The notes under the pieces were generated by a model. It did no database searches. It saw nothing but the letters and a program-made list of their open reading frames with translations, and had not been told where the DNA came from. DNA of 58,929 nt from a virus (Duplodnaviria > Caudoviricetes): positions 1 to 58,929 of IMG/VR virus record IMGVR_UViG_3300033183_000056. One strand, written 5' to 3'. The position numbers and the translations under genes are program-made. This document shows, in pieces, positions 1 to 9,332 of the stretch (position 1 is its first letter; each line of letters begins with the position of its first letter).

Positions 1-141
1 CCAACACGTTTGACTTCCGCACTAACGCTACCAAGAATCCAGCCACCACCTGCAATGATGACGCTAAGAAGTGTATCAATCAGGTGTGATATTTCCATCA
101 CTCAGCCTCTTCAATCACCAGTTCGCCAGCCTCAACCTGAC
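1..141. repeat. Terminal overlap identical to 58789-58929 (circular contig)
   Basis: Exact 141-nt match of start and end; it falls inside coding sequence. Confidence 0.97.
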
Positions 142-280
142 GCATGATTTCGGCGTAGTGGCGGTTGGCTGGGTCTAGGGGGACGGACATCTCAATGCCA
201 TCAATCGTGGCTTTGATGCTATCTTGATTTCCAGCGATGTCATTATAATACACAGCATTTGTAATTATCATTTCATTCAT
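98..280 (-). CDS. Small tail-fibre-associated (assembly/chaperone-like) protein
   Basis: VPLDPANRHY motif typical of small genes following marine phage fibres; directly downstream of fibre 284-1327. Confidence 0.55.
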   Translation of the reverse strand: MNEMIITNAVYYNDIAGNQDSIKATIDGIEMSVPLDPANRHYAEIMRQVEAGELVIEEAE

Positions 281-283
281 ATC

Positions 284-1327
284 TTATAACTCCGCATCTG
301 CTGTATTGATTGTTTTGCCATACAAACTGCCACTTGCATCTCGCATTTCTTGAACATACCTATAAGTTGTTACAGATTGAAATGCGCCGTGATAAGAGCT
401 TGTCCCAGCATCATCAAATGATGTATTAGTCATTGATGGCGCAGAACGCATCTCTACTGGGAATGACATAGGTGCAAGAAGATAACCATATGCTCCAACA
501 CCTGTAGGAGTTATATAACCAGCCGATGTTCCTGTAATACAATAATACCTCTGACATTTAGCCAAAGTCTCGCCATAGCTTTCTGAGTGCTCAAACGGCG
601 TGGCCTGTTCGCCGACTTCAAGTTGGACGCCTGTGATGTAGAAGGTTGCGCTGGCGTTTGTAATCCACGCAGTCTGGTTGCTTGTCTTCCAAGTGTTAGT
701 TGCGGCCCAAGTATCGGCTGTCATATCCCAGTTTGAACCACTACCTAAATCCCAGAATAGTCTTAACCCAATTCCATTCGTGTCATTCCAAGTCCCAGAC
801 TGGTCAAGGCTAATTGTTACCTCTTTGCGTTCCCAAGTGTTAGCACTGCTAATTGAATATTCGGCGGCATAAGACCTGTTAGCAGATGCGTTTTGAAGCC
901 CAACGCAATAAGTGCCTGTTACACTACTTCTGACATAAAAAGAAATCGTTACAGTTTTGGCGTTGCTATTTCCAATTTCAAGTTGATTAGTTTCGTAACC
1001 TTCAATGCCAGCATAATAATATCTGTAATAATGACTTGTTCCTGCTGTCGTGTGTACTGTGGTTACGGTCAACTTTGTCGCATACTGAAACCCTGTTGGC
1101 ACTACACTTGTTTGTTGCTGTGCGCTAAATACACCATCTATCCCACCAGCAATATCTGCCTTCCACCTGTCAGCAAGTGCTTTTGTTGTCCCAGCAACAC
1201 AACTTACAGCAGAACCGCCGTTGCGCTGGTCAATAACACACGCCCCATTGATAATGAGGTTTCTGCCAGTGATGCCACCAGCATCTGCGCTTCCTGCTAG
1301 GTCTGCGAAATCTCTTGCTCGTGACAT
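284..1327 (-). CDS. Tail fibre / receptor-binding protein with carbohydrate-binding-like domain
   Basis: RNLIING..QR start, ITGVQLEVG..ATPFEH and CQRYY motifs, C-terminal ADAEL. Confidence 0.75.
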   Translation of the reverse strand: MSRARDFADLAGSADAGGITGRNLIINGACVIDQRNGGSAVSCVAGTTKALADRWKADIAGGIDGVFSAQQQTSVVPTGFQYATKLTVTTVHTTAGTSHYYRYYYAGIEGYETNQLEIGNSNAKTVTISFYVRSSVTGTYCVGLQNASANRSYAAEYSISSANTWERKEVTISLDQSGTWNDTNGIGLRLFWDLGSGSNWDMTADTWAATNTWKTSNQTAWITNASATFYITGVQLEVGEQATPFEHSESYGETLAKCQRYYCITGTSAGYITPTGVGAYGYLLAPMSFPVEMRSAPSMTNTSFDDAGTSSYHGAFQSVTTYRYVQEMRDASGSLYGKTINTADAEL

Positions 1328-1342
1328 TCGTATATCTCCTAA

Positions 1343-1594
1343 TTAAACTGCTTGTGATGCCAAGTGTGCCTGATACGCATCAATCACATCTTGTGTATGC
1401 ACAGCCGCACAAATGCCCTGCACCTTGCTGTCTTCGCCGCTGTAATCATCGCCAGCCGCAATGATGTGGCGGTGAAACGAACGGCTAATCTCTTCGCCAT
1501 CACGCTTGATAACGGTGGCGGTGCGAACCTGAACGTGGTTGTAGTCACCTACCACTTCAATCTTATCGACTACGCTTTCTTCTGTTAGTGCCAT
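1343..1594 (-). CDS. Tail-fibre-associated small protein
   Basis: DKIEVV..VQVR..EISRSFHRH motif; AGGAG RBS; follows a fibre gene. Confidence 0.6.
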   Translation of the reverse strand: MALTEESVVDKIEVVGDYNHVQVRTATVIKRDGEEISRSFHRHIIAAGDDYSGEDSKVQGICAAVHTQDVIDAYQAHLASQAV

Positions 1595-1649
1595 TTTTAT
1601 CTCCTTTGGCTATGGACTGTCCGACTCACCGCTATGCAGTGGGTTAAGA

Positions 1650-2522
1650 TTAAACTCTATATGTTCCTGTAAGCAGAACTTGCGCTGCACTGTCAATATT
1701 TACGCTACTTGCGCCACCGCTTCCACTCGCTTGGTTAATGTATATATAACTGGTATTCGATTGCATAAACGGCATTACTCTGTAATCCGATGTTATTGGC
1801 AACTCATTTGTGTAAGCTGAAAAAGAAGAAAATAAGTTTGCTGTATTTTTGGATGTGAAAGGAAGGCCTGTAAGTTTGAACGTACCAGAGCCAGTATGCG
1901 CTGTCCATTCGATGCTAGCTTGAATTTGCACCATATCGCCAATTTTTACATAGCTACCGACCTGATAATTGTAAGTGCCTGTTCCAGCAGTGGTCGCACC
2001 TGCTGCAACTGGCGTCCACGTCCCTTCCTCATAATCATCCAGATAGTTCGCTGAGCCAGTGCCACCTACATACACGCCGCCGGATACAGTTATATCGCCA
2101 GTCACATCAAGTGCTGTTGTCGGTGAAGCATTTACAATACCGACCCGATTATTCGTGCTGTCAACATACAGGGTGTTGGTGTCAAACGTAGCATCACCTG
2201 TGACGGTCAGATTACCACCAACACTAAAGTTGCTGGATACATTTCCACTGAACACACTAAAGGTATCATACACTACAACCTCAACAATATCGCTTGCCGC
2301 AAGAGCAGATAGACCACCAATAGTGTTGGCAGTCGTAGTGTTGTAATCCGTGCCAGCAACCAGCAAAACACCATTGAGGTATACATCAACGTAATTGCCA
2401 TCAGTAAATGTCAGCGTATTGCCGTTATCATCCGTGCCACTCAATGAAGTCTCACCGCCTGATGCAGTGAAATAGTAGCGACTACGGACTGCTTGGCTAG
2501 GTGTTTTGCCTAAATATGCCAT
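1650..2522 (-). CDS. Tail fibre protein
   Basis: MAYLG start, VDVYLNGV..DY, NNRVGI, LDDYEEGTWTP and G.YVKIG motifs. Confidence 0.75.
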   Translation of the reverse strand: MAYLGKTPSQAVRSRYYFTASGGETSLSGTDDNGNTLTFTDGNYVDVYLNGVLLVAGTDYNTTTANTIGGLSALAASDIVEVVVYDTFSVFSGNVSSNFSVGGNLTVTGDATFDTNTLYVDSTNNRVGIVNASPTTALDVTGDITVSGGVYVGGTGSANYLDDYEEGTWTPVAAGATTAGTGTYNYQVGSYVKIGDMVQIQASIEWTAHTGSGTFKLTGLPFTSKNTANLFSSFSAYTNELPITSDYRVMPFMQSNTSYIYINQASGSGGASSVNIDSAAQVLLTGTYRV

Positions 2523-2553
2523 AGGTTACATTCCTTTGTCTATGTTATATCTC

Positions 2554-2901
2554 TTACCAACCTGCAGGAACTTTACCAACAATAGGTGGATTCACAAGGG
2601 TATCAATCTGGGTGTTCAACGTTGCTTGCATCTCTTCCTCTGTCTTGTCTAGCGATGCCAGCACCTTTGCCTTGCACCAGTCTTTTGTCAGGCTATCAAA
2701 CGCAGTGAAGTTGTCTGCATCAGCTTCGCCAGCACTGGCTGTGCCGTAAGCAGATACGGAAATCGGCTGGCCTTCAGCATTGGTTTCGGTGTCACTGACA
2801 GCGGTCATGCGCCAGTGAATTGTCTTTACGACATCGGACAAGTCGCCTTCGGTTGGGGCGGTGTCCAGTTGGGGAAAATCCCAGTTAAAGGTGTTTGCCA
2901 T
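2554..2901 (-). CDS. Tail-fibre-associated small protein
   Basis: DVVKTIHWR..F.AFDSLT..W motif, ends P.GW; AAGGAG RBS. Confidence 0.55.
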   Translation of the reverse strand: MANTFNWDFPQLDTAPTEGDLSDVVKTIHWRMTAVSDTETNAEGQPISVSAYGTASAGEADADNFTAFDSLTKDWCKAKVLASLDKTEEEMQATLNTQIDTLVNPPIVGKVPAGW

Positions 2902-2912
2902 TGTTTACTCCT

Positions 2913-3224
2913 TCAGGCTGTGTATTGTCTTCTTTCAATTAAATGTTCTGGTAAAAAACTGTATTCATAACCAACTTGCTCATCTTGAAGACGATTAATT
3001 TCTTTTGTGTCATTGCAGATAATAACGTCAATATATTCCAATCCATTCAAAACTGCGTATTGTAATCGACATCCACCAAATTGTAACTCGTAATTGCTAT
3101 TCACAACAATCGGATTTACCATCCCGTGTTCTGCAATGTGTTCGTGTATAAGTTTCTGCCTTTCAAATATAGCCCATTGTCTAGGGTCAGTTGCTGTCTT
3201 TACTTCACTAACTTTCAAGCGCAT
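2913..3224 (-). CDS. ParB/sulfiredoxin N-terminal-like protein
   Basis: GMVNPIVV..L..GGCRL..A...G...I.V pattern. Confidence 0.55.
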   Translation of the reverse strand: MRLKVSEVKTATDPRQWAIFERQKLIHEHIAEHGMVNPIVVNSNYELQFGGCRLQYAVLNGLEYIDVIICNDTKEINRLQDEQVGYEYSFLPEHLIERRQYTA

Positions 3225-4817
3225 TTAGTTGGCTTCCAGTGCCGCTACACGGCTTCTGAGTTGTTGAATTTCTTTTATTAACATCGGTACAAGTTTGCTG
3301 TAATCAACCCCCATCATCTCATCGCTTTCTGGATTGCCGGATACAGCTTCAGGTGCAACAGTCATAAGCTCCTGTGCCACCATTCCGTAATCCTGATGAG
3401 TGCCATCAACTATCCAGTCAAACTGCCGCACCTGAATTGCGTCAATCTTGTCACCAGCATCAGCCGCATTGGTGATGTTTTCCTTGAGGCGATAGTCGGA
3501 TGAGGTGACATAAGAAGTTGCGGAAGAAGTTGTTTGAACGCTACCGACAAAATTAGTGCCATTATAAAACTGTATATTGTAGGCAGTGCCAGCACCATCA
3601 TGTCTGGTTATAAGGCAAGTTCCGTTCGTTTGATTTGTTCTTGCAGATAAAGCAGGTGCGCCAGTTGCATAAGCAGAAAGCATAGAAGATGCCCAATCAG
3701 AGGTTTGATTGATATGCACCCTGCCTGACGAATCAATCCTCATTCGCTCCGTTAGAACGCTTGAAGTATTATCTTCAACAGCAAAATAGTTGCCGTTACC
3801 CTCATATTTAATACGAAAGCCTTTTGCCGCCCCTAAATCCCCCATCATATCAATGCCAGCGAATGAGTTATTTGCAGAGGCCACAGTAATAAGATTATTG
3901 GATGTTGAATCATCCCCCACTTGCAGTAGGGAACTAGGCGAACTCGTCCCGATGCCGACATTGCCGCCGTTAAAGTAGGAATCACCGTTAGAGTTAAGGT
4001 AAACCCTAGCTACACCGCCAGAATTGTTTAGTTGTAATATCCCGTTGTCACTGGACCTACCTAATGTTGATATTTGTATTCCTGTAGTGCCAGTTACTGT
4101 AGCGTTTCCATTTACGGTTAAGGCTTGAGAAGGACTTGAAGTTCCCAGCCCTAATCGCTGTGTGGAGGCGTCCCAATACAAGCCTTGTGTCACGCCGGTG
4201 CTGTCGTAGAAGGAGATGTCGCCGTTGGAGGCAATTTCCTGACGCTTTGTGGCATTGTTAGTCCAAAACACAATCGGTGTTGTTGTGTCATTGGATGTCA
4301 TCCCAATGCCTAAAAATATTGATGGCGCATAATTAAATGCCGCTACACCATTAGCACCAGACGAGCCAACGCGCATTTGATTACTTACATAACCAGTTGC
4401 AGATGAGTTCTCAAAACGATTTACAACATATGCACCTGCGCTTGTATCCGCTTGACTTATTTCCCCTGACACAGTTATGCCGCCAGAGGTGGTGGCGAGT
4501 TTAGCAGATGAAGATGTGCCGTTATCATAATACAAAGTTGCAGTGCCAGCCGTAGTGTTAAACTGTGCAAGGTTTCTGCTACTGCCGTTTGTAATATTGA
4601 CTGCCGCACCGCTAGACTGAATATAAAGGTTGCCAGTGCCGTTTTCGTTTATCCACGAGTGTGTTCCTGAATGAAACACCTGAAGGTCACTGCCAGCACC
4701 GAAGATAGCCTTGTCGTTGTCGCCGAAGGTGGCGTTACCATTAAATTCAGCATCACCTGTGACGGTCAGTTCATCTGCCGTATTAAATCGTGTAACACCT
4801 GCGCCGATGTATCCCAT
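3225..4817 (-). CDS. Tail fibre with C-terminal intramolecular chaperone (peptidase S74)
   Basis: GNVGIGTSSP and ERMRIDSSG repeats; SDYRLKENI..GMVAQEL..VDYSKLVPML..IQQL chaperone. Confidence 0.85.
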   Translation of the reverse strand: MGYIGAGVTRFNTADELTVTGDAEFNGNATFGDNDKAIFGAGSDLQVFHSGTHSWINENGTGNLYIQSSGAAVNITNGSSRNLAQFNTTAGTATLYYDNGTSSSAKLATTSGGITVSGEISQADTSAGAYVVNRFENSSATGYVSNQMRVGSSGANGVAAFNYAPSIFLGIGMTSNDTTTPIVFWTNNATKRQEIASNGDISFYDSTGVTQGLYWDASTQRLGLGTSSPSQALTVNGNATVTGTTGIQISTLGRSSDNGILQLNNSGGVARVYLNSNGDSYFNGGNVGIGTSSPSSLLQVGDDSTSNNLITVASANNSFAGIDMMGDLGAAKGFRIKYEGNGNYFAVEDNTSSVLTERMRIDSSGRVHINQTSDWASSMLSAYATGAPALSARTNQTNGTCLITRHDGAGTAYNIQFYNGTNFVGSVQTTSSATSYVTSSDYRLKENITNAADAGDKIDAIQVRQFDWIVDGTHQDYGMVAQELMTVAPEAVSGNPESDEMMGVDYSKLVPMLIKEIQQLRSRVAALEAN

Positions 4818-4828
4818 AGCGATATTCC

Positions 4829-5173
4829 TTACGTAATCTCAAGAATAGACAAAACAACGTCAGCAGAAGATGCTGTGTTGGATGTAACCTTCAGGGTATC
4901 GCCCGGTTCCATCACAACCTTTTGTTCACCGCCAACAACAACAAGGCTGCTACCTACAGGAATAGGTGCATCCTTAATAATATAGACACTATCTTCTGCC
5001 CCACTTGTACGTGTGCTTGCATCCAATTGAACATCAATTTCAATCTGACTGGTGTGAATATTTGCACAAGTCAAACCAATGATTGTTGTTTGCGTAGATG
5101 CAGGACAGGTGTAGACTGTAGCAGGAGATGTTCCTATTGCAGTGTCTGTTTCTGATTTAAATGAGTTTGCCAT
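4829..5173 (-). CDS. Virion structural protein
   Basis: MANSFK..VYTCP..TIIG..K.VMEPGD.L..S.LEIT pattern; tail module. Confidence 0.55.
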   Translation of the reverse strand: MANSFKSETDTAIGTSPATVYTCPASTQTTIIGLTCANIHTSQIEIDVQLDASTRTSGAEDSVYIIKDAPIPVGSSLVVVGGEQKVVMEPGDTLKVTSNTASSADVVLSILEIT

Positions 5174-5213
5174 AAAAATTCCACCTAGATATTAAAAAAT
5201 TATACTATATATT

Positions 5214-7133
5214 TTAACCCAATGCAATAGCAAAAGCAAGTGAAGAATTGGTTGAATTAGTAATACTTGTAGCAAGAGTAGCACTTAATGCAGTAAGATT
5301 TGTATTAGTATTATTAATACTTGTAGCCACTGTTGCTGATAATGCAGTAAGATTTGTATTTGTATTGTCAATACTTGTTGCCAATGCAGCAGATACTGTA
5401 GTAATATTACTATTAATAGATGTGATTGCGTTTGTATTAGCAGTAATATTAGTATTGCTATTATCAATACTTGTTGCCAATGCAGCAGATACACCAACAA
5501 TAACACTATTAATAGAAGTAATAGCATTTGTATTTGTAGTAATATTTGTATTGCTGTTATCAATACTTGTTGCCATTGTTGCACTAAGAGCAGTCAAATT
5601 AGTATTTGTATTATTAATAGATGTTGCTAATGTGCTTGATACTGAAGCAATCTTACTATTAACAGAAGTAATGGCTGCGGTATTAACAGATGTTAATGCA
5701 CTTACAGCAGCAATATTAGTATTGCTGTTATCAATACTAGTTGCCATTGTTGCACTTAATGCAGTAAGATTTGTATTAGTATTATTAATAGATGTTGCTA
5801 ATGTGCTAGATACACCAGCAATAACACTATTAATAGAAGTAATAGCATTTGTATTTGTAGTGATGTTTGTATTGCTGTTATCAATACTTGTAGCCATTGT
5901 TGAACTTACAACTGCAGTAATGCTTGTTGCATAGTCAGTTACACTTGTAATACGGTTACTAATAGAAGTAATTGTAGGACCAACAAATCCTGTAGCACTT
6001 ACTGTTCCACTTACTTGTACACCAAAAGGAAATTCTGCATCTTGACCGTCTGCAAGAGTAAGCATATCAGCAGCACCAGTATTGGCTAATCTTATTCTAT
6101 TACTTTGAATATATAAATCACCAGTACCACTTTCTTTAATTACAGAATGAAGACCATTATGTTGAATAGTCAAATCATCACTGTCACCAAATTTTAATAC
6201 TGCATCATCTGGGAATGTTGCACTACCATCAACTGTAAGTTTATTAATAATATCCAGTGTCGTAATACTAACAACTTCAAAAGATTGATTAGGCTTAATG
6301 CCAATTGTTCCAGATACATCAAAGTCTGTAACTGTCGTACCATTTTCTGTTAAAAAGATACCTGTACCAGAACGAATTTCGTTCATTGTACCAGTGCCAG
6401 CAAGTCCTGTAATATTACTACCATCACCATAAAGATAAGTAGCACTTACAATACTTGTTGCTAAATTTTGTGAAAAAAGTTTACCAGTAACACTAGTTGT
6501 ACCTGAAACAGTAAATGTTCCATCTACTACAATATTACCGCCTACACTTACATTTCCATCTATTTGAGTATTACCAGTAATACTTACTGCACCAGCAACA
6601 TCGAGTGTTCCAGAAACAGACACATTATTTTCTACATATAAAGAAGAACCAGAAAGAGTACCACCAATAAAAGCATTAGCAGAAATAGTTGTTGTTGCTG
6701 TTACATCTGTTACACGACCATAAGCATCAATAGTCATTGTATTCATAGGTCCATAAGAACCTGCAGATACACCAGAATTCGCTAAATTAATTGTAGGGTT
6801 ACCTTCTGTACCGTCAGCATTAGTGACGCTTAGTGGGCTTCCTACGGCGATTGAACGACCATATACAGTTCCACCACTTACAGCAACAAGTCCTGTAGCA
6901 CCAGTAAGGTCAGCAATATTATTAAGAGCAGATACAGAAGCAGTAAGAGTTGCACCACCTAATTGGAATGTACCATTGATATTAACTGTGTCACTAGAAA
7001 TTTGTAAGGCAGAGTTTGTACCTTCACCATCTTGAACATTTCGTAATGTTGCATCTACACCAGAATTACTGTTACTAACTTGTAACAAATCTTTATATGT
7101 ATTAGCAATTGTTTTACCAGTAAGTGTAGCCAT
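5214..7133 (-). CDS. Long tail fibre/spike with Ser/Thr/Asn-rich coiled-coil repeats
   Basis: Beta-rich N-terminal half, repeated LATSI(D/N)N(S/T)NTN units, ends AFAIALG. Confidence 0.75.
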   Translation of the reverse strand: MATLTGKTIANTYKDLLQVSNSNSGVDATLRNVQDGEGTNSALQISSDTVNINGTFQLGGATLTASVSALNNIADLTGATGLVAVSGGTVYGRSIAVGSPLSVTNADGTEGNPTINLANSGVSAGSYGPMNTMTIDAYGRVTDVTATTTISANAFIGGTLSGSSLYVENNVSVSGTLDVAGAVSITGNTQIDGNVSVGGNIVVDGTFTVSGTTSVTGKLFSQNLATSIVSATYLYGDGSNITGLAGTGTMNEIRSGTGIFLTENGTTVTDFDVSGTIGIKPNQSFEVVSITTLDIINKLTVDGSATFPDDAVLKFGDSDDLTIQHNGLHSVIKESGTGDLYIQSNRIRLANTGAADMLTLADGQDAEFPFGVQVSGTVSATGFVGPTITSISNRITSVTDYATSITAVVSSTMATSIDNSNTNITTNTNAITSINSVIAGVSSTLATSINNTNTNLTALSATMATSIDNSNTNIAAVSALTSVNTAAITSVNSKIASVSSTLATSINNTNTNLTALSATMATSIDNSNTNITTNTNAITSINSVIVGVSAALATSIDNSNTNITANTNAITSINSNITTVSAALATSIDNTNTNLTALSATVATSINNTNTNLTALSATLATSITNSTNSSLAFAIALG

Positions 7134-7412
7134 TTAAATCAAATTCCAATACTTGTCTGTGTCTTCCCAATTAGTTGTAGCCTGTTCCCATAGTTTATTT
7201 CTATCAAGATTATTTTCAGGTCTGGCATTTAGGATATGATGTTCTTTTTTAATAATAGGATTTTTGTTTTGTGGGTGATTTTTTAAATCATACATACCTT
7301 CAAAGTCACTGGGACATACCATCATCCCATAACTATTTTTTTTCATTACGTTGCGTTTGTATTCAAAACCACATACATCGCATTCTACAATTGAATTTAA
7401 ACTTCTAGCCAT
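7134..7412 (-). CDS. Zn-finger-like tail-region protein (paralog B)
   Basis: CDVCGF..YGMMVCP..HPQNK; ATG at 7412 overlaps the upstream stop. Confidence 0.65.
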   Translation of the reverse strand: MARSLNSIVECDVCGFEYKRNVMKKNSYGMMVCPSDFEGMYDLKNHPQNKNPIIKKEHHILNARPENNLDRNKLWEQATTNWEDTDKYWNLI

Positions 7413-7660
7413 TAACTTGGTAACCAATCTGTAACTGTTACTATTGTTTCTGGCATTGGTGAGCGTCTTGAAGGATACTTTAGTACTTTTTCATTACCGA
7501 TTCTAGGACTTTTATTTTGAGGATGGTTTTGTAAATTATACCTTCCCTCATAATCCATAGGGCAAACCATTAAGCCATAACTATTCTTTTTTAAATCTCT
7601 TAATTTATATCTAAACCCACATACATCACAAATACCTAAAGCATTTTTTTCTTTGGACAT
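7412..7660 (-). CDS. Zn-finger-like tail-region protein (paralog A)
   Basis: CDVCGF..YGLMVCP..HPQNK. Confidence 0.65.
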   Translation of the reverse strand: MSKEKNALGICDVCGFRYKLRDLKKNSYGLMVCPMDYEGRYNLQNHPQNKSPRIGNEKVLKYPSRRSPMPETIVTVTDWLPS

Positions 7661-8331
7661 TATACCATAATCCTTGGTTTAAGGTAAAGATTTGTCCGTT
7701 CTCTGTCTTGTTCCATTGCTCGAAGCATACGTTCTTCATATTCTGTTTTAAGCATACTAATTCTTTGCACATCTACTCCTGGTCTTTTCATTGCCATATT
7801 GTAAGCAAGACCTGCAGTTAGACATGGAAGAAACTTACGTGATACATCTGCAGTTTCTACAGCAGATTTATTTACATCTTGAAGATAAGTAAATGTTTCT
7901 ACTTTAATTGTATCCGTAGAATTTTCAGGAATAGGCCAAAGGTACATTGTAGGATAGTCACGACCATTACGAATTGCATATTGTGTGGTACGACCTGTTT
8001 GACCTTTGTTAGGAATCTTCATATATTCTTCCATAGAGATACGTTCAAGTTGAATGTCACGATTATCTCTATTATGTACTGCCTCAAGCACATCAACTGT
8101 TGCACTTGCAAAAGCATATGATGTAACACTTGTAGTAAGAGAAACAGTAGATGTTCCAATTGACCACAACATTACACCACGGTTTTGCCAATCCTGAAGA
8201 ATAAGATTAATAGAACGTCTAGCAGACTTTGGTTCATGTCCAAGTGTCTGCTCTCCACCAATCATTTCTGTTGCTTCTTGAATAACCTCGTCAATATCCA
8301 TTGAGAAGTTATATGTACCTGAACTAGCCAT
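7660..8331 (-). CDS. Tail tubular / head-tail adaptor protein
   Basis: ARRS.NL..W.NRG, G..TQY, LWP.P, FLPCL.AGLAY motifs; position. Confidence 0.7.
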   Translation of the reverse strand: MASSGTYNFSMDIDEVIQEATEMIGGEQTLGHEPKSARRSINLILQDWQNRGVMLWSIGTSTVSLTTSVTSYAFASATVDVLEAVHNRDNRDIQLERISMEEYMKIPNKGQTGRTTQYAIRNGRDYPTMYLWPIPENSTDTIKVETFTYLQDVNKSAVETADVSRKFLPCLTAGLAYNMAMKRPGVDVQRISMLKTEYEERMLRAMEQDRERTNLYLKPRIMV

Positions 8332-8337
8332 TACTAT

Positions 8338-8466
8338 TTACCTTTTACTTTTTGTACCAGTCTTCTTCCCACCATGGTTTTTTTTGTTCGTAGATTGGGA
8401 ATATGTTCGTTTCTTTTTTCCTAGCTTTAATATTTGTTGCCCAATATTTGAACGACCTATAGCCAT
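8338..8466 (-). CDS. 42-aa basic microprotein (absent from the ORF track)
   Basis: Hand translation MAIGRSNIGQQILKLGKKKRTYSQSTNKKNHGGKKTGTKSKR; ATG overlaps the upstream TAA and the ORF fills the gap. Confidence 0.65.
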   Translation of the reverse strand: MAIGRSNIGQQILKLGKKKRTYSQSTNKKNHGGKKTGTKSKR

Positions 8467-8672
8467 TAATAAAGCCTGTTATGACCTGACTGACCAACCC
8501 TACCACCTTTTTTCTTAATAATGGGTTTGCGTGTCTTAGAATCTTTTTCAATACGAGGACCCATTACAGATGGACCAGTAAGTTCACGATTCATAGGATG
8601 GTTAGGGTCTTTTTTAGGGTCTTTGTATACTTTTTTCTTTGTTTTCCTTACAACAGGTGGGTTAATCAGCAT
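8466..8672 (-). CDS. Basic hypothetical protein
   Basis: Coupled TAATG junctions; ends KKKGGRV..HNRLY. Confidence 0.65.
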   Translation of the reverse strand: MLINPPVVRKTKKKVYKDPKKDPNHPMNRELTGPSVMGPRIEKDSKTRKPIIKKKGGRVGQSGHNRLY

Positions 8673-9031
8673 TATGCTTTTCCTTTTCCATATTTTTTAT
8701 GTGTTTGAGTTTTAGGCGGAGCCTTCTTACTGCCACCAGCACCAGCCCACAACTTTTTATCAGCCCAGTAAGCAGCAGACATTTTACCTTTAGCAATGTT
8801 TTTAGCATGACGTGCTTTAAATGATTTCCTAGCAGCGGCAGAATAGTTGTGACCCATTGAAGAATCACCATAATGTATAAGTTTAATCTTGTTACCTTCT
8901 TTAGCAAGGACCATACCTTTCTTGCCTGGTCGGTCAGATTTTCTAGGCTTATTAAAGCCAGCAAATTTTTTACCACGATATTCTATTCCTCCACTTGGTA
9001 GGCGTTTAACGCCAGGATACTTACTGTTCAT
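8672..9031 (-). CDS. Lys-rich conserved phage protein
   Basis: FAGFNKP..VLAK.G..RKSFKARH..SAAYWA.K..W. Confidence 0.7.
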   Translation of the reverse strand: MNSKYPGVKRLPSGGIEYRGKKFAGFNKPRKSDRPGKKGMVLAKEGNKIKLIHYGDSSMGHNYSAAARKSFKARHAKNIAKGKMSAAYWADKKLWAGAGGSKKAPPKTQTHKKYGKGKA

Positions 9032-9288
9032 GTTGTCTTCCTATACCGTTTAACTTTTTTTGCGACAGTTTTAGGCTGCTTAACAAACTGCTTTCCAGAT
9101 TTAGTTCCTTTTCTTTTTGCTGCTGAAGTCGCCGCATATTCTTTTGCGGATAACGCCTTGATAGCTTTTTCTGGTAAATAACGCTCGCCTGTTGCTTTTG
9201 AACCTTGCGTGGATGGCTTACCACTTTTGGTTCTCCACTTTTGTTTTGTCCAAGCCTTCAAACTCCTTTGTGATTTCTTTAATCCCAT
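9028..9288 (-). CDS. Basic protein resembling the C-terminal half of DUF5872
   Basis: W.KQKWRTKSG, ERYLP.KA, GKQFV motifs. Confidence 0.6.
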   Translation of the reverse strand: MGLKKSQRSLKAWTKQKWRTKSGKPSTQGSKATGERYLPEKAIKALSAKEYAATSAAKRKGTKSGKQFVKQPKTVAKKVKRYRKTT

Positions 9289-9332
9289 GCAATTATCCTA
9301 TTATAACACTTTAATTTTTTATATACAATATT

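Noticed and set aside
1-141. 141-bp end repeat as a biological terminal repeat
   Set aside because: It cuts through coding genes and equals a common assembler k-mer size; it shows circular assembly only
5248-5934. 228-aa hydrophobic + strand ORF and other opposite-strand ORFs in the track
   Set aside because: Antisense shadows of real genes with biased codons; no RBS or operon context
8345-8551. 68-aa ORF from the track
   Set aside because: Overlaps two better-coupled ORFs (8338-8466 and 8466-8672)
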